Positions 25,424 to 38,294 of a DNA stretch of 64,000 bases are shown piece by piece (positions within the stretch are counted from its first letter, which is position 1; every line of letters starts with the position of its first letter). The translations under genes and the position numbers were made by a program. This DNA is from Macrostomum lignano (lineage: Eukaryota). Under the pieces are notes generated by a model. The model was not told the origin of the DNA. It saw only the letters and a program-made list of their open reading frames with translations, and ran no database searches. The DNA lies in contig NIVC01001164.1 in assembly GCA_002269645.1 (NCBI GenBank), forward strand, positions 248,001 through 312,000, given 5' to 3'.

Positions 25424-26385
25424 GAGATAGCGGAAGTGGAGAGGGGGAAGATAGATGGGGAGAGGGGGTATGAGAGATGGGGAGAGGGGGAGATGAGAGA
25501 TAAGGGATGGGAGAGGGGGAGGTTGCGGAAGGGGATACGGGAGATAATGGATGGGTAGAGGGGGAGAGAAATGGATGGTGACAGGGGAAGAGAAATAGAT
25601 GGGGAGAGGAGGAGATGGCGGAAGGGGAGAGGGGAGATAATGGATAGGGAGAGGGGAAGATAATGGATGGGGAGAGGGGGAGATGGCGGAAGGGGATAGG
25701 GGAGATAATGGATAGGGAGAGGGGAAGATAATGGATGGGGAGAGGGGGAGATGGCGGAAGGGGAGAGGGAGATAATGGATAGGGAGAGGGGAAGATAATG
25801 GATGGGGAGAGGGGGAGATGGCGGAAGGGGATAGGGAGAGGGGAAGATAATGGATGGGGAGAGGGGGGGATGGCGGAAGGGGATAGGGAGAGGGGAAGAT
25901 AATGGATGGGGAGAGGGGGAGATGGCGGAAGGGGATAGGGAGAGGGGAAGATAATGGATGGGGAGAGGGGGGATGGCGGAAGGGGATAGGGGAGATAATG
26001 GATAGGGAGAGGGGAGATAATGGATAGGGAGAGGGGAAGATAATGGATGGGGAGAGGGGGAGATGGCGGAAGGGGATAGGGGAGATAATGGATAGGGAGA
26101 GGGGAAGATAATGGATGGGGAGAGGGGGAGATGGCGGAAGGGGATAGGGGAGATAATGGATAGGGAGAGGGGAGATAATGGATGGGGAGAGGGGGAGATG
26201 GCGGAAGGGGAGAGGGAGATAATGGATAGGGATAGGGGAGATAATGGATAGGGAGAGGGGAAGATAATGGATGGGGAGAGGGGGAGATAATGGATGGGTA
26301 GAGGGGGAGAGAAATGGATTGTGAGAGGGGAAGAGAAATAGATGGGGAGAGGGGGAGATGGCGGAAGGGGAGATAGGGTGTGATG
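25424..26385. repeat. Polypurine minisatellite (gggagagggg/agataatggat/agatggcggaa units)
   Basis: About 1 kb of mostly G/A on the + strand. Confidence 0.9.
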
Positions 26386-26981
26386 GAGGATTCGGGTACC
26401 AGTTGAATACAGAAAATAATTGCTGGCTGATTTGCTTTATAAAAGATTTCGTTACCCAAAGTAGCGTCTATTTAAGGCAGTAAAAGTCTCAAATCTTATC
26501 TCAAATCAGCAGAGCTAAGATTGCAATCCGTTATACTCGTAAAGACAAAGTTAAACAAATTTACGATTGTAATACACAACAGAGTTGATGAAGAATTAAA
26601 AACAGCAGAACAGATTTTAGTACTGCAAAACTGAATATTCTGCATTCTAGGAAATCGTGGATAGAAATTTCAGTTTAACCAGTGCGATTGCACCTGAATA
26701 AGGGCCAGGATTTTTGTAGCGCGACTGAACTTGAAAACTGGATTTCGGTTTAAAAAATCGAAAACCTGAGCTAATAACGAGATGCACCGCTTTAAGGAAT
26801 CAGAATTCAGGCCTAATTTGGTTCAACTGCGCTGCGAAGATTCTTGCCCTTAAATTGCAACATTAAAAATCTGAAGCTCTCCACGGGCCTTCTCTGTGTT
26901 TACCTAAGCTAAGTTTTAAAGTTTCATGAGCTTTCAGATTTCGCTATGGCTGCCTGTGCGCTCATGTAAAATTTAAGCCAC

Positions 26982-26993
26982 TGATGCACTGCT

Positions 26994-27041
<48 letters not shown>

Positions 27042-28211
27042 TGTGTGCACTGTGTCTATTGTACTCTGCACTGATGCACTGCTCACCTGTGTGTGTGTGT
27101 GCACTGTGTCTATTGTACTCTGCACTGATGCACTGCTCACCTGTGTGTGTGCACTGTGTCTATTGTACTCTGCATTGATGCACTGCTCACCTGTGTGTGT
27201 GCACTGTGTCTATTGTACTCTGCATTGATGCACTGCTCACCTGTGTGTGTGCACTGTGTCTATTGTACTCTGCATTGATGCACTGCTCACCTGTGTCTAC
27301 ATGTATGTGCACTGTGTCTATTGTACTCTGCACTGATGCACTGCTCACCTGTGTGTGTGCACTGTGTCTATTGTACTCTGCATTGATGCACTGCTCACCT
27401 GTGTCTACATGTATGTGCACTGTGTCTATTGTACTCTGCACTGATGCACTGCTCACCTGTGTGTGTGCACTGTGTCTATTGTACTCTGCACTGATGCACT
27501 GCTCACCTGTGTGTGTGCACTGTGTCTATTGTACTCTGCATTGATGCACTGCTCACCTGTGTGTGTGCACTGTGTCTATTGTACTCTGCATTGATGCACT
27601 GCTCACCTGTGTGTGTGCACTGTGTCTATTGTACTCTGCATTGATGCACTGCTCACCTGTGTGTGTGCACTGTGTCTATTGTACTCTGCATTGATGCACT
27701 GCTCACCTGTGTCTACATGTATGTGCACTGTGTCTATTGTACTCTGCACTGATGCACTGCTCACCTGTGTGTGTGCACTGTGTCTATTGTACTCTGCATT
27801 GATGCACTGCTCACCTGTGTGTGTGCACTGTGTCTATTGTACTCTGCACTGATGCACTGCTCACCTGTGTGTGTGCACTGTGTCTATTGTACTCTGCACT
27901 GATGCACTGCTCACCTGTGTGTGTGCACTGTGTCTATTGTACTCTGCACTGATGCACTGCTCACCTGTGTGTGTGCACTGTGTCTATTGTACTCTGCGGT
28001 GATGCACTGCTCACCTGTGTGTGTGCACTGTGTCTATTGTACTCTGCATTGATGCACTGCTCACCTGTGTGTGTGCACTGTGTCTATTGTACTCTGCACT
28101 GATGCACTGCTCACCTGTGTGTGTGCACTGTGTCTATTGTACTCTGCACTGATGCACTGCTCACCTGTGTGTGTGCACTGTGTCTATTGTACTCTGCACT
28201 GATGCACTGCT

Positions 28212-28261
<50 letters not shown>

Positions 28262-28503
28262 TGTGTGCACTGTCTCTATTGTACTCTGCATTGATGCACT
28301 GCTCACCTGTGTGTGTGCACTGTGTCTATTGTACTCTGCGGTGATGCACTGCTCACCTGTGTGTGTGCACTGTGTCTATTGTACTCTGCACTGATGCACT
28401 GCTCACCTGTGTGTGTGCACTGTGTCTATTGTCCTCTGCGGTGATGCACTGCTCACCTGTGTGTGTGCACTGTGTCTATTGTACTCTGCGGTGATGCACT
28501 GCT

Positions 28504-28561
<58 letters not shown>

Positions 28562-28622
28562 TGTGTGCACTGTGTCTATTGTCCTCTGCGCTGATGCACT
28601 GCTCACCTGTGTGTGTGCACTG
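26982..28622. repeat. ~50-bp minisatellite with embedded variable (TG)n
   Basis: Unit ctgatgcactgctcacctgtgtgtgtgcactgtgtctattgtactctgca. Confidence 0.95.
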
Positions 28623-28713
28623 ATTTAATTCTACTGTACAGCTCTGCATAGATGCATCCAGATAGAGAGAAATACTACATGTAAAAACCAAGGCAAACTT
28701 GGGTTAAAATGAG

Positions 28714-31700
28714 TCAGTGGTGCTGCTGACTCGAACTGTTTACGTAGTGCAGAGCGTCCGAAACACGGCCGAACTCTGGCAGGGGCTCCGTCATGACTGA
28801 CATCGCTTCCACTTCAACAAGCTGGTGCTGCTGCTGATGCTGCTGCCAAGACGCCGCCGCGGCCGCTTGGTGCCTGGCGAATGTGGTGTACAGATCCGCC
28901 GACACTGGAAAATCCGACAAGTCGTTTGCCGCCATCGCCAACGAGCCGCCGTCTACAATGTCGGCGGCGGCGCCGATTCCGCTGGCCCCATCGTAGTAGC
29001 CAGCGTAGCCGCCATAGTAGTCCGTGACGCCATCGGCAGCCGGGTACGGGTGCGGGTAGGACGGGTACGGGTAGGTCGGGAACGACTCCTGCGGCCAATG
29101 GCTCTGTTGCGGCTGTACGTAGCTCTGCGGCTGCTGATATTGCTGCTGCTGCTGCTGCTGCTGCTGGCCGCTGTAGAAATGCAAGAACTGCTGTTGCTGC
29201 TGCTGCTGTTGTTGCTGCGACTGCTGCTGTTGCTGACTGTGGAACTGCACCAACTGTTGATGGCTCTGATGCTGCTGTTGCTGCTGCTGCAGTCTCAGCT
29301 GCTGGCTGGCGGCATAGTACCCGCTGTCGCCGCCGCCGCTGTCAGCGATACCGCCATGCCGCCACGCTTCGTCGTCTGTTTTTAGGACGGCAGCGACTGC
29401 CGCTGCTGCAGCCGCCGCGGCGGCCGCCGATGCTGCCGCCGTCGCTGCCGAGGTCGACGTCGATAACGAAGCAGAAGCACCGCCGCCGACGCCACCGCGG
29501 CAGGATTTGCTGACAGTTCGCTGCTGCAGCCGCGCCGTTGTCCGCCCGGCTCCGGCGGCCGCGCAGTCGGTCCGAGTGGACGGCGCTGACGCCGGCAGAA
29601 GCGGCTCTAAATTTCCCGTTGATGCCAGCTTTGAGCTCGGCGGCTGCTGGCGAAGCTTTGGCAGCTCGAGGCGAGCTTCCTCCAGGGTGATCTCCTTCTG
29701 GTCGAGGCGCTTGAAGAGGGCTTTTAGCTGCGCGGAGGTGCAAGCACGAGTAGCTTGGTTAGAGAGCGGATGCTTACTGGTTAGATAGCGGATGTTTACT
29801 GGTTAGAGAGCGGATGCTTACTGGTTAGAGAGCGGATGTTTACTGGTTAGAGAGCGGATGTTTACTGGTTAGAGAGCGGATGCTTAATGGTTAGAGAGCG
29901 GATGCTTACTGGTTAGATAGCGAATGCTTAATGGTTAGAGAGCGGATGCTTAATGGTTAGAGAGCGGATGCTTACTGGTTAGATAGCGGATGCTTACTGG
30001 TTAGAGAGCGGATGCTTACTGGTTAGATAGCGGATGCTTAATGGTTAGAGAGCGGATGCTTACTGGTTAGAGAGCGGATGCTTAATGGTTAGAGAGCGGA
30101 TGCTTACTGGTTAGAGAGCGGATGCTTACTGGTTAGAGAGCGGATGTTAAATGGTTAGAGAGCGGATGTTTACTGGTTAGAGAGCGGATGCTTAATGATT
30201 AGAGAGCGGATGTTTACTGGTTAGAGAGCGGATGTTTACTGGTTAGAGAGCGGATGTTAAATGGTTAGAGAGCGGATGTTTACTAATTAGAGAGCGGATG
30301 CTTACTGTTTAGAGAGCGGATGTTTACTAATTAGAGAGCGGATGCTTACTGGTTAGAGAGCGGATGTTTACTGGTTAGAGAGCGGATGCTTACTGGTTAG
30401 ATAGCGGATGCTTAATGGTTAGATAGCGGATGCTTAATGGTTAGAGAGCGGATGCTTAATGGTTAGAGAGCGGATACTTAATGGTTAGAGAGCGGATGCT
30501 TACTGGTTAGAGAGCGGATGCTTAATGGTTAGAGAGTGGATGCTTACTGGTTAGAGAGCGGATTTTAAATGGTTAGAGAGCGGATGCTTAATGGTTAGAG
30601 AGTGGATGCTTACTGGTTAGAGAGCGGATTTTAAATGGTTAGAGAGCGGATGGTCAGAGGTTAGAGAGTGGATGTTTAATGGTTAGAGAGCGGATGTTAA
30701 ATGGTTAGAGAGCGGATGGTCAGAGGTTAGAGAGTGGATGTTTAATGGTTAGAGAGCGGATGTTAAATGGTTAGAGAGCGGATGGTCAGAGGTTAGAGAG
30801 TGGATGTTTAATGGTTAGAGAGCGGATGTTAAATGGTTAGAGAGCGGATGGTCAGAGGTTAGAGAGTGGATGTTTAATGGTTAGAGAGCGGATGTTAAAT
30901 GGTTAGAGAGCGGATGGTCAGAGGTTAGAGAGTGGATGTTTAATGGTTAGAGAGTGGATGTTTAATGGTTAGAGAGCGGATGTTAAATGGTTAGAGAGCG
31001 GATGGTCAGAGGTTAGAGAGTGGATGTTAAATGGTTAGAGAGCGGATGGTCAGAGGTTAGAGAGCGGATGTTTACTGGTTGTAGAGTGAAAAATGGACCA
31101 CGAAAATGAAAAAGTATTGAACAGGAACTATCAGTCTGTTGAGCTTAAAATTATTCATGAGAGAGAATTTGAGAATTAGCAAAATATTTATTACACATAT
31201 CAGACTTGCACAGCCCGGGAACGCAATCTGCGCATTTTCAAATTCGCGATAACCTGCTAAAAGACAAACAGCCAACTCTGTGAAGGAGGCCCAGGCAATG
31301 TCCCTAGCCAGCCGTGAGTCACAGTGAAAGATTAGTGTAATTCTCTTGGGCATTATACAACAATTTTAGGTAATATGCGCCATTTTGTTGAGGATCGAAG
31401 AGAGAGAGTGGAAGGACTTGCGAGGCGAGTGCTTCTTAACAGCCTCTCTGGAATGGTCCCGAATCCAGTTTCAAAGGTGCTTGTTTGCGGCATCTACTTA
31501 ACCTGGTGTAGAATCCAACTTCGCGTGTTAACGTGAACTAGCAGGTCCCTCTGGAAGGTGCCTGGACTGTTCCCGATGCTGCAGGCTTCCTATGGACATC
31601 TAAATAATCTTTAACATTTTAGATCTAATCTTTGGAGTCTAGTAGATCTAATCCCCGAGATTTTATAGATCCATTTCTCTGGAGTTTGTAGATCTAATCC

Positions 31701-34700
31701 CTGAGATTTTGTAGATCTAGACGTACTGTAGACCTTCGGCAGCTTGCAGATCTAATTCTCTGGATTTTTTAGATCTAATCCTAGGTATCTTATAGATCTA
31801 ATCCTCGGTATCTTGTAGATCTAATCCTAGGTATCTTATAGATCTAATCCTCGGTATCTTGTAGATCTAATTCTCGGTATCTTTTAGATCTAATCCTCGG
31901 TATCTTGTAGATCTAATCCTCGGTATCTTGTAGATCTAATCCTCGGTATCTTGTAGATCTAATCCTCGGTATCTTATAGATCTAATTCTCGGTATCTTTT
32001 AGATCTAATCCTCGGTATCTTGTAGATCTAATCCTCGGTATCTTGTAGATCTAATCCTCGGTATCTTGTAGATCTAATTGTCGGTATCTTGTAGATCTAA
32101 TTCTCGGTATCTTTTAGATTTAATCCTCGGTATCTTATAGATCTAATCCTCGGTATCTTGTAGATCTAATCCTCGGTATCTTGTAGATCTAATTCTCGGT
32201 ATCTTTTAGATCTAATCCTCGGTATCTTGTAGATCTAATCCTCGGTATCTTTTAGATCTAATCCTCGGTATCTTTTAGATCTAATCCTCGGTATCTTTTA
32301 GATCTAATCCTTGGTATCTTATAGATCTAATCCTCGGTATCTTTTAGATCTAATCCTTGGTATCTTATAGATCTAATCCTCGGTATCTTTTAGATCTAAT
32401 CCTTGGTATCTTATAGATCTAATCCTTGGTATCTTTTAGATCTAATCCTCGGTATCTTGTAGATCTAATCCTCGGTATCTTTTAGATCTAATCCTTGGTA
32501 TCTTATAGATCTAATCCTCGGTATCTTCCTTCCTATATACTAAAAATGAGTTGTCTGTATGTATGTGGGTAGGTATGCGATAGATTTCAGAAAAAATGGC
32601 TCAACCGATTTTCTTCAAACTTGCACCATTCGATCAGAAATTTTCCTGGGACGGTACATGCATCTTGGCTAAGAAATTGCTCAATGATAAAGAGATTAAA
32701 TATTCGAAAAACATGCTTTTTTTGCAAAGGTCAAGCAAAATTTTCGACTTGAAATGCATTGTAAGAATGCTAGAGAAAAAACTGACTGACTGAATTCCGA
32801 TTGTGATAAAGATTGCATCACAACAAGTTGAAAACAGTACCGAAGAAATGCACACACGACTTGATTTAAATTGCGTAACCATATTGCTAACTTAAATTGA
32901 GACTGATACTGGCTGACTGAGAAATTGATTATGTCATAACTTTTTACTCCAATTGACTTGCTGTAAGAATTGAATTATAATGGCCACAATTCATGTTCTC
33001 CAATTGAAAAGAGATAGCCAAGATGCGAACAGACTGGAATGCTAACGTAGCGACCTGGGTTCGAATCTTAGTAGTGTAAAAAGAAAAAGATTTTTTTTTA
33101 TCAAAACACCTTAAAAAACACAAAACTGCTAAACATAATAGAAGTGCAATGTCAAACATAGAAGAGCCACCATGTCAAACATAAAAGAGCCACCATGCCA
33201 AACATAAAATAAGCACTATGTCAAACATATATGTGACTCCACGTCTAACATTTAAGAGCAACCATGTCAAACATTTATGTGACTCCACGTCTAACATTTA
33301 AGAGCAACCATGTCAAAACATTTAAGAGCCACCATGTCAAAACATTTAAGAGCCACCATGTCAAACATTTAAGAGCCACCATGTCAAACATTTAAGAGCC
33401 ACCATGTCAAACATTTAAGAGCCACCATGTCAAACATTTAAGAGCCACCATGTCAAACATTTAAGAGCCACCATGTCAAACATTTAAGAGCCACCATGTC
33501 AAACATTTAAGAGCCACCATGTCAAACATTTAAGAGCCACCATGTCAAACATTTAAGAGCCACCATGTCAAACATTTAAGAGCCACCATGTCAAACATTA
33601 GAGAGCCGCCGTGTCAAACATAAAAGAGCCACCAGGTTTAACATTAAAGAGCCACCATGTCAAACATAGAGGAGCTACCATGTCAAACATTAAAAAGCCA
33701 CCGTATCAAACATAAAAGAGTTACCATGTAGAACAAAAAACAGCCACCATGTCGAACATAAAAGAGTCACCATGTAGAATATTAAAGAGCCACCATGAAG
33801 TACATTAAAGAGCCACCATGACAAACATTTAAGAGCCACCATGTCAAACATATATGTGACTTTATGTCAAACTTTAAAGAGCCACCATTTCGAACATTAA
33901 ATAGCCACTTTGTCAAACATTAGAGAGCCGCCGTGTCAAACATAAAAGAGCCACCAGGTTAACCATTAAAGAGCCACCATGTCAAACAATAAAGAGCCAC
34001 CATGTCAAACATAAAAAAGCCACCATGTCAAACATTAAAAAGCCACTTTGTCTAACATTAAAAGAGCCACCATTTCAAACATTTAAGAGCCACAATGTCA
34101 AACATTTAAGAGCAACCATTTCAAACAGTAAAGAGCCATCATGTCAAACATTAAAGAGCCACTTTGTTTAACATTAAAGAGCCACCATGTCAAACATTAA
34201 AGAGCCACCATGTCAAACAATAAAGAGCCACCATGTCAAACATTAAAAAGCCACTTTGTCTAACATTAAAAGAGCCACCATTTCAAACATTTAAGAGCCA
34301 CCATTTCAAACAGTAAAGAGCCATCATGTCAAACATTAAAGAGCCACCATGTCAAACATTAAAGAGCCACCATTTCGAACATAAAAGAGCCACCATGTCA
34401 CCATGTCAAACATATATGTGACTTTATGTCAAACTTTAAAGAGCCACCATTTCGAACATTAAATAGCCACTTTGTCAAACATTAGAGAGCCACCATTTCG
34501 AACATTAAAGAGCCACCATTTCGAACATAAAAGAGCCACTTTGTTTAACATTAAAGAGCCACCATGTCAAACATTAAAGAGCCACCATGTCAAACATAAA
34601 AGAGGCACAATGTCAAACCTAAAAGAGCCACCATGTCAAACATAAAAGAGCCACCATTTCGAACATTAAAGAGCCACCATTTCAAACAGTAAAGAGCCAC

Positions 34701-37700
34701 CATGTCAAACATAAAAGAGCCACCATGTCAAACATTAAAAAGCCACTTTGTTTAACATTAAAGAGCCACCATGTCAAACATTAAAGAGCCACCATTTCGA
34801 ACATTAAAGAGCCACCATTTCGAACATAAAAGAGCCACCATGTCAAACATTTAAGAGCCACCATGTCAAACATAAAAGAGCCATCATGTCAAACATTAAA
34901 GAGCCACTTTGTTTAACATTAAAGAGCCACCATGTCAAACATTAAAGAGCCACCATTTCGAACATAAAAGAGCCACCATGTCAAGTATAAAAGAGCCACC
35001 ATGTCAAACAATAAAAAGCCACTTTTTCTAACATTAAAGAGCCACCATGTCAAACATTAAAGAGCCACCATGTCAAACATAAAAGAGCCACCATGTCAAA
35101 CCTAAAAGAGCCACCATGTCAAACATAAAAGAGCCACCATGTCAAACATTAAAAAGCCACTTTGTCTAACATTAAAGAGCCACCATTTCAAACATTTAAG
35201 AGCCACCATATCAAACATTTAAGAGCCACCATGTCAAACATAAAAGAGCCATCATGTCAAACATTAAAGAGCCACTTTGTTTAACATTAAAGAGCCATCA
35301 TGTCAAACATTAAAGAGCCACTTTGTTTAACATTAAAGAGCCACCATGTCAAACATAAAAGAGCCACCATTTCGAACATTAAAGAGCCACCATTTCGAAC
35401 AGTAAAGAGCCACCATGTCAACATAAAAGAGCCACCATGTCAACATAAAAGAGCCACCATGTCAAACATTAAAGAGCCACCATGTCAAACATAAAAGATA
35501 CACAATTTCAAACGTAAAAGTAAGCGAATTTTAAAGGAGCCACTATAATGCTAAGGAAATTGTCGCACTAGCTACTTATTGTCTGGTGGATGCTTGCTAT
35601 TTGGGGATGCTATCTATCTGGGGGATGCTTGCTCTCTGGAAGATGCTTGCCATCTGGGGGAAGCTTGCTATCTTGGGGATGCTTGCTATCTGGGGGATCT
35701 TTGCTATCTGGGGGGGCTTGCTATCTGGGGGGTGCTTGCTACCTTGGGGATGCTTGCTATCTGGGGGATGCTTGCTATTTGGGGGATCTTTGCTATCTGG
35801 GGGTGCTTGCTATCTGGGGGGTGCTTGCTACCTTGGGGATGCTTGCTATCTGGGGGATGCTTGCTATTTGGGGGATGCTATCTACCTGGGGGATGCTTGC
35901 TATCTGGGGGATGCTTGCTATTTGGGGGATGCTATCTACCTGGGGGATGCTTGCTATTTGGGGGATGCTATCTATCTGGGGGATGCTTACTATCTGGGGT
36001 GCTATCTATTTGGGGGATGCTTGCTATCTGGGGATGCTTGCTATCTGGGGTGCTATCTATTTGGGGGATGCTTGCTATCTGGGGGATGCTTGCTATCTGG
36101 GGTGCTATCTATTTGGGGGATGCTTGCTATCTGGGGATGCTTGCTATCTGGGGGATGCTTGCTATCTGGGAGATGCTTGCTATCTGGGGGATGCTTGCTA
36201 TCTGGGGGATGCTTGCTATCTGGGGGATGCTTGCAATCTGGGGGATGCTTGCTGTCTTGGGGATGCTTGCTATTTGGGGGATGCTTACTATCTGGGGTGC
36301 TATCTATTTGGGGGATGCTTGCTATCTGGGGGATGCTTGCTATCTGGGGATGCTTGCTATCTGGGAGATGCTTGCTATCTGGGGGATGCTTGCTATCTGG
36401 GGGATGCTTGCTATCTGGGGGATGCTTGCTATCTGGGGTGCTATCTATTTGGGGGATGCTTGCTCTCTGGGAGATGCTTGCTATCTGGGGGATGCTTGCT
36501 ATCTGGGGGATGCTTGCTATCTGGGGATGCTTGCAATCTGGGGGATGCTTGCTGTCTTGGGGATGCTTGCTATTTGGGGATGCTTACTATCTGGGGTGCT
36601 ATCTATTTGGGGATGCTTGCTATCTGGGGGATGCTTGCTATCTGGGGGATGCTTGCTATCTGGGAGATGCTTGCTATCTGGGGGATGCTTGCTATCTGGG
36701 GGATGCTTGCAATCTGGGGGATGCTTGCTGTCTTGGGATGATTTCTTTTTGCATTGCACTTCATTTAAGTATTTTGTCTGTTTTCTTTGTGAATGCTTTA
36801 TTTGGCTATATTTTTGTTACTTGTAGAGAGCAGAGATTCTATACAGATGTCCCCCAACGGGGGGCGAAGATTGCTAGTTTAGATCTAATCCTCGGTATCT
36901 TTTAGATCTAATCCTCGGTATCTTGTAGATCTAATCCTTGGTATCTTATAGATCTAATCCTCGGTATCTTGTAGATCTAATCCTCGGTATCTTGTAGATC
37001 TAATCCTCGGTATCTTGTAGATCTAATCCTCGGTATCTTATAGATCTAATTCTCGGTATCTTTTAGATCTAATCCTCGGTATCTTGTAGATCTAATCCTC
37101 GGTATCTTGTAGATCTAATCCTCGGTATCTTGTAGATCTAATTGTCGGTATCTTGTAGATCTAATTCTCGGTATCTTTTAGATTTAATCCTCGGTATCTT
37201 ATAGATCTAATCCTCGGTATCTTGTAGATCTAATCCTCGGTATCTTGTAGATCTAATTCTCGGTATCTTTTAGATCTAATCCTCGGTATCTTGTAGATCT
37301 AATCCTCGGTATCTTTTAGATCTAATCCTCGGTATCTTTTAGATCTAATCCTCGGTATCTTTTAGATCTAATCCTCGGTATCTTATAGATCTAATCCTCG
37401 GTATCTTTTAGATCTAATCCTTGGTATCTTATAGATCTAATCCTCGGTATCTTTTAGATCTAATCCTTGGTATCTTATAGATCTAATCCTCGGTATCTTT
37501 TAGATCTAATCCTCGGTATCTTGTAGATCTAATCCTCGGTATCTTTTAGATCTAATCTTACACACAGCAGCTCACCCTGTCCAGCTGCAGGTACAGCACC
37601 TCGATGGCCCTCTCCTCCCGTCGAGCGGTTCTCTCCAGCGTCTGGTAGCGCAGCTTTTTTCTCTTGCGGCACTCCCTGGCCGATTGCTTGCTCTTCTCCT

Positions 37701-37788
37701 GCACCGCCGACTGCTCGCTGCCGCTGCTGCTGCTGTCCCGACTTCTGGCTCGCTCTGCCGACTGCAGACGCCCTGTTGAAGACGCCAT
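28714..37788 (-). CDS. CREBL2: CREBL2/REPTOR-BP-like bZIP protein with long Q/A-rich C-terminus; exon 37788-37576 and terminal exon about 29772-28714
   Basis: KSKQSARECRKRKKLRYQTLE...EERAIEVL matches the CREBL2 basic region (RSRQSARECRARKKLRYQYLE...RERAICAL). Donor AGG|GTGAGC, phase 0. Downstream frame TRACTSAQLKALFKRLDQ...QQQ is open 29772-28714. Exact acceptor, or a possible middle exon, is uncertain. Confidence 0.75.
29757..31075. repeat. 22-bp minisatellite (about 60 copies) at the CREBL2-like acceptor
   Basis: Unit ggttagagagcggatgcttact; on the minus strand it reads catccgctctctaaccagtaag. Confidence 0.95.
31780..32526. repeat. 23-bp minisatellite, left part
   Basis: Unit agatctaatcctcggtatctt(g/a/t)t; degenerate copies from about 31620. 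Confidence 0.95.
33170..35495. repeat. ~21-22-bp minisatellite inside the Helitron
   Basis: Unit aaagagccaccatgtcaaacat(t/a). Confidence 0.95.
35595..36740. repeat. ~18-19-bp minisatellite inside the Helitron
   Basis: Unit gggggatgcttgctatct. Confidence 0.95.
36878..37557. repeat. 23-bp minisatellite, right part
   Basis: Same monomer as 31780-32526; ends about 18 nt from the CREBL2-like exon donor. Confidence 0.95.
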
Positions 37789-38294
37789 CGCTCTGTCGAG
37801 CTCACCGGATGCCTCGCGGTGTGTCTCTCAGTTTCTGAAATTCCGAATGAAATTCTATATTTATCGTTTCATTTCTGTCAATTCGTGTGGCGCAACTGAG
37901 AGCGGACAGACTACGGTGCTGCGGGAGTGCTGAATTCTCTGAATTGAGGCTCGAATAATAGGAAGAGAGGGAGTGGGGGAGGTAAAGGTTGCGTGGGTCC
38001 TGCCTCGGGGTGGCGTCGGCGGCGGCTTCGGCCCGAAGCAAAGGACTCTCTCTTCTTTTTTTTCATTTTTACTTCGCAGTTTGGACCCTCAAGCATTGGG
38101 ACAAGTGCGCAATGGAATCCAGCACGGGCCCCGTGCTTGCACACTTTATTATTGCTTAGCTATCCATTTTTCGAGCTTAACTTTTAACCGCTGGATGATT
38201 CTTTTTGCGGTTCCGCCGGGTCGATGAATTAACTGTTTTTTATTAGTTAATTCCCGCGTTCACAGGGAAGCGGAGTTAAGGGAGCAGACAATGG

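Larger units (their letters stand above)
32527..36877 (+). mobile_element. Non-autonomous Helitron-like element, 4351 bp
   Basis: Starts TC (tccttcctatatactaaaaatgagttgtctgtatgtatg), ends CTAG with a GC hairpin gtccccc-aac-ggggggc 8 nt upstream. No TSD. Removing it restores an intact 23-bp monomer (gtatct|tttagatct). No RepHel ORF. Confidence 0.8.

Noticed and set aside
25413-26459. 348-aa Pro/Ser/Leu-rich ORF
   Set aside because: Reverse-strand translation of the polypurine repeat.
35579-36905. Three overlapping 380-440-aa ORFs (GDACYL / GMLAIW / GGCLLS)
   Set aside because: All three frames are open only because the 18-19-bp monomer lacks stops; no coding signal.
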